Both the position numbers and the translations under genes were made by a program. DNA of 64,000 nt, taken from contig NW_026262745.1 in NCBI RefSeq assembly GCF_021869535.1, forward strand, positions 93,930,001-93,994,000. The letters are read 5' to 3'. How positions within the stretch are numbered: position 1 is the stretch's first letter; each line of letters begins with the position of its first letter. Below, one piece after another: positions 13,383 to 26,059 of the stretch. Origin of the DNA: Mytilus californianus. Its lineage: Eukaryota. A model generated the notes under the pieces. The model was not told where the DNA came from. It saw nothing but the letters and a program-made list of their open reading frames with translations, and ran no database searches.

Positions 13383-14439
13383 GTATTAGTTTATAGACAA
13401 TGATATTTCGGATGTTAATACACACAATTACATTAGGATTGAATGTGACCGCTGTTGTTCCAAGAGTAGCCAGCAAGTATAGATTTTAATTGAGGTGATA
13501 TATTCTGAAAATAAGTATCTTTGGCATTCTCTTTCATTCTTGTGTGAAGGTTTGAATGGGGTTTACCGAATGCAGAATAATAGGCGAAAAGTCTAGAATA
13601 AAGGGCCCAAAAAATAAAGAATAGAAAGAATAATAAAAAAAAAAACATAGACATGACAGAACAGAGAATATGGGGTGCTCAAATATAAGGAACAGAGAAA
13701 AATGGGCAAAATGGCAAAATGCTTACATGTATAAAGAGAAGAAAGAGAAGACAAATTACCATTACCTTCTCTTTTTTTTTTTTACATTTTTCATGTAGGA
13801 ACCTGTTGCAGGTTGATTTGAGGTATGCTTTGGTCTTTTTGAGGGCCGCACGGTGACCTACCTTTGCTAACATCTATCATGTCTATGCCATTTGGTCTCT
13901 AGTGGAATCGTGTAGTTGTCTCATTGGCAATCATGCATACCACATCTTATTGTATACTGACTTACATAATGTGCAATCTGAATTTTGTATAATTCTTTGT
14001 CTCCTTTTTTATATATATATATCTATATATATAAGAAAATGTGGTATAAGTGCCAATGAGACAACTCTCCATCTAAGCCACAATTTGTAAAAGTAAACCA
14101 TAATAGGTCAAAGTACGGACTTCAACACGGAGCCTTGGCTCACACCGAACAGCAAGCCATAAGGGGCCCCCAAAATAACTGGTGTAAAACCATTCAAACA
14201 ATATAAAACCATACAACTTGGATCGCAGAGTTTGTATATGGTAATCTTTCAAATACAATGTAAAGTCACTATAATCAAGATTTCGGTCTATTTTATGCTA
14301 CACTATTAAATCAAATTATAATTCTATTCCATGATGTCAAGTCAGTCACGTGATGAATTCATTTTTTTTTATTATGCATTACCTACTTTTTTTTAGACAA
14401 GAACAGATAGTTGAAAACTCCTTGAATACATAACCAGGC

Positions 14440-17400
14440 ATGGCCTACTGTCAAGAATATGACCCAAAAGACTCGAACAACGATAGTGACTTTTCCGTCA
14501 GTTATAAATCAGACAAGATTTTGGTGGCAGCCATTGACTTTGGAACTACGTTTTCCGGGTACGCTTTTTCTTTCAAGTCCTGGTTTGAAACCGATCCCAA
14601 TAAGATAGTTACCAACTCGACATGGGTAGCTGGACAGAAAAATTTAATATCATTAAAAACACCAACATGCATCCTGTTACAACCTAATAAATCATTTCAC
14701 TCTTTCGGATACGAAGCTGAGGAGAAGTATGCGGAGCTAGCTTTGGAGGAAGAACACGAAGACTGGTACTTCTTCAAGAGATTTAAAATGTCCCTGTTTA
14801 ATAATACTGTGAGTTGTTATTTTTTACTTAAAACATAAAATATTGTAGAGAATCTTTTAATTCAATATAACAACCAGATGAAAGGTATTTTTTTTTTTTA
14901 TTGTTTTTTAAGTATTTTTTTATACGGTGGGTATCTTTCTTTTAAAGACGTAAACAAAACTAAAGATGGAAGTGGAATTAGATAAATAATATTTAATGAC
15001 AAATTCAAGTGATTGCAAATGTTCATGCGTTGATTCTTTGGTGACGGCATAATATTCAGTGAATAGTATTACAAATATAATCTGGACACTTTCGTGTAAT
15101 TGAGATCATTATTTCATATAATAGCTACTTCGTTCTACACTGAGGCAAATTTTATATACGAAGTCTTCGGTCCGACCATTCTAAGGATCGAACCCGCCGT
15201 GACTTACCTCGCTCGGATCCCTTCGGTGTGAGGTAGCAATACACGGGAGTGTTGTTTCACATTTTGGCGCCGATGGATTTTTCAAATATAAAAGTTATAG
15301 TGCAATACAATTCATTTTTAAACAGCTGATGAATAATTAAGCATTCAAAGTGGGTTTATACATCATGTACATGTTATAAGAGCAAAGAGCATTAAGATGG
15401 TATTAAGATGTTTTTAGGGGCTACTTTTTGTTTGTCAGTCCGCATTTTCATATGTAGATTGGCCATAGGTCCAGGAATTATTGTAATATTTACCAAGGAT
15501 TTGTATAGTATTTCTATACAAATCCTTGTATTTAAAAACGCTTGATTTTTTACAAGATTTTGTTTACTCATTTTTACAAAAAAATTGAGACGAAAGGCAT
15601 ATGATGTTTACTTGATTTCTTTATAGATACAATCATGTAAATAATTTCAGAAAAAGTAGCACTTCAAGGGATTAAGATTCTTCTACTTTTGGCCAAATTT
15701 TGGGGAAATATGTGACGTTTTTGCACCCCATTTTCACAGGCACTTGTCTCAGAAATAAACTTCCTATATACCTTAATATAACGTTATATTAAGGTATATA
15801 GGAAATTTTTTTTCTGAGACAAGTGCCTGTGCCCAGTTTGCAATATTTTATAGCAAATAAATGCAAAATGTTGCCATATGGATACAACAAAAAGATTGCA
15901 TCGTTATCTTCATTAGGAACGCTGAAACCCAAACATTTTAAAGCCATGTAGTGATTCGTTAATACACAGAAACGTTAGGAGCTGTATGATCAAAAAGGTC
16001 AACTAACGCCACTCTGCAGGGACGAAAAAAGGGGGGCAATCAATAGCCTTAGGTCGGGAAAAGACAGACCCTTACATTTACCTTAAAACTGTTTAAGGTC
16101 AACAAATTCTAGATAACTCTACATATGTCGAAGTTTCAAACTATTCCGTAATTTTGATTTGCTCAGGCATTCCAAAAGTTAAACTTTCTGTGTAAAATAC
16201 AGCATATATTACTGCATGTCTTGTGCTATCCTTGACAATATTAAAACAATGAATAGAAAAACAAACAAAAGACTTCATTTAACTCGCAATTTCGTGCTTT
16301 CAGCATAAAAATGTAATGAAATGGATTGAATGCTTCTTTTTGTAATTTCAAAGGGTTGTAAAAGCGTTGAACATGCGCACATTTTTAGTATTGACCGCCG
16401 CGCTTCATACAAAATGTGCTTCGGTCAACGCTTTTACACCCTAATAAAATTACAAAAAAAAGAAGCATTCAATTCTTAATTATAATTAATTTTGCAGACT
16501 TTGTCAAGACACACTGAGATACCAGATGATTCAGGGAGGAAGAAGATGCCAGCCCAAATAATCTTTAGTCACGGGATACGTTTTTTAAAGGACCACCTTG
16601 TTAAACATCTTGAGTCCAGTCACACGGGTCTTAGTGAAAGTGATATTCATTGGGTTCTCACTGTACCAGCGATCTGGAATGATAGTGCCAAACAATTCAT
16701 GCGAGAAGCGGCTTCACAGGTAAATATATAGTTCATGAGGCTTCAAAAGCCAGATCAGTGGCATCTTATGTACATGTAATTAGAACAAGAGGTAGACAAA
16801 ATCAACGGTACATGTAAATAGTTCATGAGGTATGGTGTATGTGGTGTCATAGGAACATGCTACAGTCATGTAAAAAAGTTCACGAGTTAGGCAACATCGT
16901 AGGTACATGTAAAGTTCTCGAGTTAGGCAACATCGTAGGTACATGTAAAGTTCTCGAGGTAGGCGGCATCATAGGTGCCTGTGAAAAGTTCACGAGGTAG
17001 GCGGCATCATAGGTGCCTGTGAAAAGTTCACGAGGTAGTCGGTATCATAGATACATTTAAATAGTTCTCGAGGTAGGCGGCATCATAGGTGCCTGTGAAA
17101 AGTTCACGAGGTAGGCGGCATAATAGGTATATGTTAATAGTTCATGTGGTAGGCGGCTTCATAGATACATTTAAATAGTTCACGAGGTAGGTGGCATCAC
17201 AGGTACATGTGAATAATTCACGAGGTAGGCGGCATAATAGGTATATGTAAATAGTTCATGTGGTAGGCGGCATCATAGATACATTTAAATAGTTCACGAG
17301 GTAGGCGGCATCACAGGTACATGTGAATAATTCACGAGGTAGGCGGCATAATAGGTATATGTAAATAGTTCATGTGGTAGGCGGCATCATAGATACATTT

Positions 17401-20400
17401 AAATAGTTCACGAGGTAGGCGGCATCACAGGTACATGTGAATAATTCACGAGGTAGGCGGCATAATAGGTATATGTAAATAGTTCATGTGGTAGGCAGCT
17501 TCATATGAACATGTAAATTAATCATGAGGCAGGTGCATTATATATTCATGTACATATTTCACGAGACAGTGACATCATAGGTACATGTAAATAGAGAATG
17601 AGTTAGGCGGCATCAAATGATCATGTAAATGGTTCATGAAGTTGGCGGCATCAGAAGTACATGTGAATAATTCATGAGGTAAGCGGCATCATAGGTTAAA
17701 AGCTCATGAGATAGCCGAGTAAAAAAAAATGAACAGATATATCTTCAAAGAGAAACCATTTTTTTATCTGAAGCATTTGAACTGTTTTACATTTTGTTAC
17801 ACATGACATTGTGTGTTGACAGGTAAAATGTGTTTCTATTGCTGCTAATCCACATAACCGAAAACAATCATTATAAGGCTTAGCGTTTTTTAACTGAACA
17901 AAAAGACAACTTATTCATCGACGATTTGACACGATACTTATTCGATAAAGTTCAATTGAAGGTTACCAACTTTTCAAGGACCATACCCTTCTGAAGAATA
18001 CACTTTACCCCAAGGATTGACATGTTTTAAGAAGTATAATAACATACTTCAGACCTCCCTCGTTTGGCGGTGAAGACCGTTGTTAAAACTGGATGTCCCT
18101 CTGGCGTTCCTGGATGTATAGATACGCAGTCATGCCCGATTGGAATGCTCTCTTAAGTTACGACAACTCTTTGCGGCTTTCATAAGTGTTCTGTTGCATC
18201 GCAAAATTTGTGTCTCTATCCAACAACATTTTTCAGTGGCAGTTTAGGCCCTTCATCCCAGTTGATATTCTTTATCAAATTGAATTATTGCATTAATGTT
18301 TTATTTTTTCTCGATCTGAATATGATAAAATATCTGACATAGACTTATGTTGAGCTCTTCTGTTGAAGCCCGCTTATTTCTACTTTGTGCCCATCAAATA
18401 TGTATTTTGTCTTCTAAATTTTTGACACTTTTTGATTGCGAGTCCTACAATATCTATGAAATTTGTTAATGAAACTAGAGGAAGCACGCTTAACGGTGTT
18501 TCATGTTTTTATATTTTTTGTTTTCAATGGAGCCATATATTCCTCAGTAAGCACATTAAATGTACAAATGTCTTGAATAAAAACACTTTTAAATTTGTTT
18601 TAGAATTAAAGTGGGTAGGGGTAAAACACTAATTTTCAAACTAAACACGACTATAAACACAATCATAAACATATGTGTTTCGACAAAAAAGAGAAGAAAA
18701 AAAAAGCACACAAGATGTGTTTAGAATTGTGTTTAGGGTCTAAACACCATTTTTACAATATACATGACTGCACCATTTACGGTTGTATTCTTTTGAAATG
18801 CTGTTCTTTATTTTTCGAAATATTAAAGGCTGGAATAAAAGACACCCATTTGATGATTTCCTTGGAACCAGAGGCCGCAGCCATGTATTGTAGAATACTT
18901 CCGGTTGAAAAGTTCATTTCCGGTGGTGGTGGTAATTTGGGAGTATTCAGACCTGGTTCAAAATATATGGTTGCTGATCTAGGCGGTAAGTTAGATTCAA
19001 GGAACAGTGAAATAAAATGGAGAAAGTGTTATAGTATCTTAACTTTCAGCTTCCCAATTGTGAACTTTCCATTTCTATGTAGCAACATTCCAGCAGCGCC
19101 TGCATACGGAGTGTATATCTCCCAGTTGATACGATATACCAGGCTGAGGGCTTGTATTTCCTATCATGATTTCCTTGATAGAGGGTTGCTGCTCACAAGG
19201 AAGCTATTAAACCAAGAGTTCCAAGTGGTAAAGTTGAAGTCATCCGTTCGTAAGTTTTACGGACGCCATCACGAGTTGGTTGACCGTTATGGAATATCCG
19301 TTTCACAGATGATAACGGATATGTTCCTAATGTCGTAACTACAATCCCGTACCCTTTTCCCGAATGTGACCTACTGTATTAGACTTATTACCGGGTTTGT
19401 AATAACATGAGCAACACGACGGGTGCCACATGTGGAGCAGGATCTGCTTACCCTCCCGGAGCACCTGAGATCACCCCCAGATTTTGGTGGGGTTCGTGTT
19501 GCTCAGTCTTTTGTTTTCTATGTTGTGTTTTGTGTACTTTTGTTTGACTATTGGTCCTTTTGTTTTTTAGCCATGGCGTTGTCTGTTTATTTTCGACATA
19601 TGAGTTTGAATGTCCCTCTGGTATCTTTCGCCCCTTTTTTAACGCATTTTTAATATACATATTTAATGTATGACTTTAATCGTTTGACAAGTAAAATAAC
19701 TCAACAATTTTTGTAAACCAGAAATGTGAAAAATTATTGAGAAGAAAAATTATCCTAAGATGTTACTGCGAATATCAAGATTCATTAAGAACTACCGTAT
19801 TTACGTTTAAACATAATTTATACATTCAAAGCTGTTTTGATAAGCCACTCTAAATAAAAAAGTAAATATGCCGTAATCATTGTTTTGTTGAAAATGATAG
19901 CATTCAGTGCTTCTAAAAACTGGCGTTGCTGACTATCCGGTATGGGGTTTGTTCATAGTTGAAGGCCGTACTAAACAAAGACCTGTTTTTAAGAATAAAT
20001 TAAACAAACTATATATCGAAGATCTGCAATCAACACGATATTCTCCAAATAAGAAAACATATTTAGATATGACACTGACATTTTAGTATTCCAATTGTTT
20101 ATTATGTATTTTGGTCTCTAAATTTTTAGTGATTACGTTATTATTAGATACGCCAATACTGACCCTCATTAACAAAATATTTTATAGGTGGCACTGTGGA
20201 TATTACTGTACAGGAAGTTCTGGAAAAAAACACCCTAAAGGAACTTCATAAGGCAAGTGGAGGGGCATGGGGAGGAACGAAAGTAGATGAAAATTTTATG
20301 CAGATGATCGTTAAAATTGTCGGCGAACCGGTCATCAAAAAGTTCAAGTGCGATAGCAAATCTGATGAACTTGATCTACTTCGAGAATTCGAGATAAAGA

Positions 20401-21245
20401 AACGTTCTATCCGTCCCGATACTTCTGGTAAAACTGCATTCCGAATGCCCATATCTTTAACGGAAGCTTTCGAAGAGATAAATAATGTAGATTTGAGACA
20501 AAGCATTAAGCAGACGCCATATGCCAAACACATGAACTGGGTCGGGGACAAGTTAAAAGTGGATAATGGGATGATCAAGGAACTTTTTTCTAAAGTTTCC
20601 GATAGTATCGTCCAACATTTAAAAGATATTCTAAACAATCCTGTTAGTCAAGGTGTCGACACAATCTTGATGGTAGGGGGTTTCTCAGAATGTGCAATGA
20701 TACAGGAAGCACTCAAGACAAACTTTTCTCATATGAAAATTATCATTCCGGAAGATGCTGGTTTGGCAGTAGTGAAAGGAGCAGTATTGTTTGGACACAA
20801 TCCCGCTACAATTGTGTCCCGGAAGGCGAAGTATACATACGGAGTCAAAACAACGCGAGACTTCATCGAGGGTGACCCACGAGACAAGAAATTTCAAGTC
20901 AACGGACGTGACAAATGTCGTGACGTCTTTGATAAACACGTGGTAGTAGGTCAAACGGTCAAGGTTGGGGAATCTTTAAATCCCCAGTCATATTTTCCTC
21001 TGAACAGCGACGTTAAAGAAGTAGTGATTCCCGTGTACATGTCTACTGACGATGATCCCAGCTATACCACTGAACCAACATGTAACTACTTAGGAAAGAT
21101 CGAAGTACCTCTCCAAGGTTCATCTGTGAAAGACAAAGAAATAATAGTCCAGATGACCTTTGGAGGGACCGAAATCACAGTAGAAGCCGAAGAAAAGAAA
21201 ACAAGAAAAAAGTTAAAAGCCAAGTTTGATTTTCTTGATCACTGA
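14440..21245 (+). CDS. HSPA12A: HSPA12-like atypical HSP70, paralogue 1; join(14440..14808,16498..16719,18829..18985,20188..21245), about 601 aa
   Basis: Motifs VAAIDFGTTFSGYAFS, TVPAIW, LEPEAAA, DLG|GGTVD (split by intron 3) and MVGGFSEC. All introns are GT-AG with phases 0,0,1, and the joined exons give one open frame of 1806 nt. Confidence 0.93.
16325..16473. mobile_element. Palindromic MITE (ATTGAATGCTTCTTTT...AAAAGAAGCATTCAAT); a second copy at 51073-52774 is interrupted by a Helentron-type element
   Basis: Long terminal inverted repeats; two homologous copies in the window. Confidence 0.7.
16732..17700 (+). repeat. 38-bp minisatellite (TTCAYGAGGTAGGCGGCATCAYAGGTACATGTAAATAG) in intron 2 of paralogue 1
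   Basis: Direct tandem units, with a 114-bp three-unit periodicity (TAATAG variant at 17121, 17235, 17349, 17463). Confidence 0.95.
19044..19640 (+). mobile_element. 5'-truncated Penelope-like retroelement (RT thumb region plus 3' UTR) in intron 3 of paralogue 1; shorter 3'-end copies at about 33150-33370 (-) and 39190-39400 (-); RT scraps at about 32410-32500 and 62615-62740
   Basis: FSFPIVNFPFLCSNIPAAPAYGVYISQLIRY...LLNQEF...RKFYGRH, homologous to the RT C-terminus at 5143-5600. The 3' UTR recurs elsewhere in the window. Confidence 0.85.
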
Positions 21246-22593
21246 AGAATGTTGTTTTTTATTTCTCGTTTTTGTACCCTGTTTTTTAGTTTTTGGTTCT
21301 GGTTATTAACCAACTCACATATTTAACATTTAAGATTTCAAGTTTTCGTGACTACATCTGATTATTAATGTTTTAATATAGTACACCTACAAATTAAAAA
21401 CAGGATTTAACGATGAAACCTTTTAAAAAGATATTTTCTAACTATAGTTTGTTTCAAACTAACACTTGTCCAGTTCCTTTGTAGATTTTGAGCGCAAGTA
21501 TGGAAGATAGGATTGATTGATTGCTGTATATTAGTTTGTTTAAAGTTAAACTGGTTCCCTGTCATTTATCTGTTTGGCTCTGACAGATATAAGTTGACAA
21601 CAAAAGTATCTGAGATACCTGTATGTTGCAAGGGAGAGGACCAGCCCATATATTAGTTTGATTAAAGTGACAATAATTGCAGTGAATTGTTACGTTTAAA
21701 AGGAAGATTCTGTTACAGAGTTTTTCGTTATTGACCCCAGGGCTCTCACTCGTCTAAACTCGATCAATTCCGTTCCTCCTTCAAACGGATAGGAGAGTAG
21801 CGGATTTACCCGATGATTGCCCATTGGGAGGCTCTGTGTGTTTATGGTGTCCCTTTAGCTTATATATGCAAGTGTCTTAGACGTTAAAAAGAGACGTGTA
21901 GTTTTCGATAAAAACAAGTGCTTTTCTGTGACATCCAAACCTCTTAGTGCATCAGAAACAAAAGTACAATAAATTTAAGAAATTATTATTATAGCATTTG
22001 GTCAATTTTTTTTTATAAAATACTCCGTTCTAGGCAGCCGTGTTAGAATACGTTTTTTGTTTGTTTTAATTGTTTTGTATTTTAAATGACATATTACTTT
22101 CCGAGTTTTTAGAATGTTTTTAATATATTTCATTTATAGTAAGAGAAAATAAAAATAGAAAAAAAATAGAATAAATAAAAGACGGATACGCGAAATTAAT
22201 CTGTGATACGTAGTTATTTTACTTATGTGTTCCCTTTATCATGTTTATTGTATGTATATATAACTTTTATAAATATGAATTGAATTTAGATTACATGTAT
22301 ATACTTTTAGTCTTTTAGATTTGATAGGATTAATATATCTTACATAATAAATGTAAAAACAACTTTTTGTATATGGCTAAACAAATGCATGTCCTTAATA
22401 TACGTGAATGAGACAGGAATCCAACAACACAAAAAGACACAAGGCATAAACATGCAAATGTAAACATACACTTATCACCAATAGACAGTCGTGTATAATT
22501 GTCAAGCTCTTAATCGGCCAGAGACTAAACTAGTAATGAATTGATTTAATTACACTCATCATAGATACACTATACAAGGATTAAAATTTAGTA

Positions 22594-22638
22594 AGCCAGA
22601 CACTCGTTTCGTCTACAAAAGACTTATCAGTGACACTC
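22594..22638 (-). ncRNA. Decayed minimal type I hammerhead ribozyme (retrozyme relic); further decayed copies at about 11762-11810 (+), 28175-28220 (+) and 40266-40310 (-)
   Basis: Minus strand GAGTGTCA-CTGATAA-GTC-TTTTGTA-GAC-GAAA-CGAGT-GTC-TGGCT: stem II GTC/GAC, GAAA and a GUC site are present, but core CUGAUGA reads CUGAUAA. Confidence 0.65.
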
Positions 22639-22645
22639 CAATAAA

Positions 22646-23516
22646 ACTAGAGACTCTAAAGAGCCTGTGTCGCTCACCTAGGTCTATATGCATAATCAAC
22701 AATGGACTCTCCAACATTGTAGACAAGAATAGAATCCATGACAAAAATTTCTGTTTTGTTGATCTTGTATTGCTGATCATTTTGTCTGTTTAGTTTCTCT
22801 CTATCTTCTATAGTGTTTTCTCAAAAGGGCAATAACTCCAATAAGGAGTCATCGGGAAATTTTCTCCATATTGTCTGAAATGTAGATCTTGTCTTGCTGA
22901 TCATTTATGGTTATTTAAGTTTCTATCTATCTATTATATTTTTAAGATATAAGGCAAAAACGCAAAAAATTGGTAAATATTGTCTTCAAAGGGCAATAAC
23001 TCTAATTAGAAGTCGACTGACGTTTTCAACCATGCAAATTGAAGATTTATATGTAGAGCTTGTCTTCCTGATCATTTTTGCCACTTAAAGTTTCTCTCTA
23101 TCTATAATGGTTTTCAAGATAAAAGCCAAAATGATAAAAATTGGTAAAAAAAATAACTCCTATAAGACGTCGCCTGATAGTTTTGACATCAATGAACAAT
23201 TGATAAAGCTCAATATTCTGAACATTTTTGCTGTTGTCAGATTTTCTCTATTAACGATTTTCAAAATAATAGAAAAAACTTGCATTTAACCCCAATGTTC
23301 AATAATTTTTAGTCATGTCGGCCATCTTGGTTGGGGAGCGGGGTTATCGGACACATTTTTAAAACTAGATACCCCAATGATGATTGTGGCCAAGTTTGGT
23401 TAAATTTGGTCAAGTAAAAGGAGAAGATTTTTGTAAAAGTTAACGGACGACGACGGACGACGGACGACAAGTGATGAGAAAAGCTCACTTGGCCTTTTGG
23501 GCCAGGTGAGCTAAAA
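22646..23516 (+). mobile_element. Helentron-associated non-autonomous element (HINE/DINE-1/pearl-like)
   Basis: 5' GAGCCTGTGTCGCTCACCT subterminal repeat, internal AAGGGCAATAACTC repeats, GACG microsatellite and a 3' hairpin AGCTCACTTGGCC-TTTTG-GGCCAGGTGAGCT followed by AAAA. Confidence 0.8.
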
Positions 23517-24411
23517 GTTTGAAAAACCCAAATGATGTGCGAAGTAATGGATGTCTAACGACTTTAACTACTCATTAGGGTCTCGCACGTTCGGTACAGT
23601 AACTAATAAATTGACCATAAAAACTTGTTATGAATTGGGAAACATTGTAAACTGTTGAGCTCAGAAAAAATGACACCTACGTGTATCCAACTTGCATGTG
23701 CAACGTACATACTTACCCATCAATAGAAATATATACCAAATTAAAATGCAATTTTCATGTTTTGTAAATAAATTAATTAAGAAAGTGAACACTAAGGCGT
23801 TTATTTATTAAAAATAATACACTATTATACCATAATGGGGTTGATGGCATACATGAAAATTAACAAAATAACACATTACATAATACATCACAAAAATAAT
23901 TTAAAAAAAAACATGAATTTATATCTGTTCATATCATGCAGTTGTTGAATCCACTCTCCTCAGTGACCATGACTTTTTAATTAATGGAGCAGCATACTGC
24001 AAAACTGACGGACATGAAAGACATACAACTAATTTATCCAAGTTATCCATATCACTGTATGTACATTTAAATAAGAAATGATCTTCATCTGTTTTATCTA
24101 AACTGACGGACATGAAAGACATGCAACCAATATCCAAGTTATCCATCTTATCTATACTTAAATAGATATTTTTAATTTTTTTTAAGAAGAGTACTTGTAA
24201 TTGTAATTATTTGACGGGACCGTATGTAGGTAAATGGTACCATTTGTCAGCATGGCATGTAAAATATATATACTATACAGACTACAGGAAAACTAGATTA
24301 TAATAGTTGTATTTTGGAATCGTCAGACATCAAAAGCTTACTTAGATTTTTTCGATGGGGATATGGTCTTTCAAATATGTGTTTTGGCGTTAATTAGGAA
24401 GGAGATAGTTA

Positions 24412-24618
24412 GGGAACATTTGATTTACGGGGATTGTTGAGGGGTATGGTAGGAGGATATTGTAAATGAATATCCTGGCCCGGTAAGGGCTGAAATGAAG
24501 AACCTTGCACAAGACAGGATAAAAATGAATAATCTTCATAACAAAATGCAGGAATAAATTGTGTACAAATGTGAAAATAAATTTTCACCCTTTCCCAGAA
24601 TATGAAATGGTCGTCCCC
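24412..24618. mobile_element. Short Harbinger-like MITE related to 7715-9142
   Basis: Right end AAATGGTCGTCCCC matches the long element; left end is degenerate. TTA on both flanks. Confidence 0.6.
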
Positions 24619-26059
24619 TTACTAAAAAATGGACTTAATTTTCTGTAGATTGTATTCATTTAATCATATACGAATAAATGTTGACTTAAGATACGTATTG
24701 TTGAAATTATTGATTGGTATTAGAAAACTGAAAACAAAGACTCATATAGGTTTTGCTCATTGTTGAAGTCCGTACGACGACCTATAGTTGCTAACAGCTA
24801 CGTCATTTGGTCTCTGGTAGATAGTTGTCTCATTTGCAATCATACCACATTTCCTTATTTTATGTCATTTATCATCATTTTGTTCAATTTACCAGGTGGT
24901 TTAAGAAAAGATGTTTCTTTAAAAGTAAAAGTACGACGACGGACAATTTACACACATTGAAGGCAAATTCAAATTTGCATTTATGGTCAGGCGTGTTTAA
25001 GGGTAAATTGATAGAATACTAAGATAAACTTTGACCTGTACATGTTTATTTTGCATTTACATTTGAACAATACTTCCCCATAATAGAGATAGCATGATTG
25101 ATCATTTTATCTTATTGACTTAATGTCACGACCTACTTCTAAATATGCAGATGTTTCGTATGCCTACAATGTATTCAATTTCTATTAGAGATCTCCCGTC
25201 TAATCTTTAGTAATTCTGAATAAAGAACACGTTTCTTCCGTTATTCTGAATAAAGAACATGTTTCTATCACAACGGAAGGTTATCTACTTTACATGTAAT
25301 ACTGATTATGTTTGGTCGCGTTGAAATAAAGATGATAATTCAACTCTTAAATATATTCAAAGATACGAATAAAAGAAGAGAAAATATAGATTGTAAAGTC
25401 AATACGAAATTTAACAAAACAAGAAGACATCAAAAGACTTAGTAATAGTCTTCAACAGTTTTAATATCGGATGTCCAGCCCATATCACCCCGAGGAAATA
25501 CATTTGACAAAGACAACAACAGATTTATGTGATACTCTGAGGATCTGGGGGAGGGGGAATTGCCCTCACTTTTTTAAATGAACGACGACACTGACTAACT
25601 TCTGGACTATAATTTAATAGAAAAGATTTTGTTTCGCTTGTTACTTTCAGAAGTTTTATATGAACATGCGACAGGGATAATCAAGTACACCCACCTTTAT
25701 TAATAAAAGCACAGGTTAAAAATGAGTTCAGAACTTTAAAGCTATGAACAATAAACTGAATTAAATCACATTTCTGAAAGACAGTTAAAAAGTACTAGTA
25801 ATGTATCTTCTGATGTAGGAAGCTTGTCTTTTTACACTCTAATATCGGTCGCTGTACGAATTATGTCTAGGTTGCAATAGATCGATTATTTATATGACTG
25901 GGTTGTCTGGGCTGCTGTTTGTTTAGTTTTATAATGCGAATATCCTTCTCCCATTAGCTAAGAGTTATCATTTGCGGGATCAAAACAATTGGTCCATGAT
26001 CAAGTTTATAAAAATATAATCATAGCTTTTTAAGAGCCCGTACTTTCCTCGCACATCCA

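Noticed and set aside
16732-17700. Regular ~38-bp repeats suggesting a CRISPR array
   Set aside because: Units are contiguous with no unique spacers, there are no cas genes, and the context is a eukaryotic intron.
17990-18290. Possible LINE (Tx1/L1-like) remnant on the minus strand (NEGGL)
   Set aside because: Too degraded; one short motif among stop codons.
18673-19338. 221-aa ORF as a stand-alone gene
   Set aside because: It is a composite of intron sequence, HSPA12 exon 3 and a PLE fragment; only the read-through possibility is kept as a finding.
20246-20954. Antisense ORFs over HSPA12 exon 4, and similar ones over DUF229 and the hAT relic
   Set aside because: Shadow frames of real coding sequence with no recognisable motifs.
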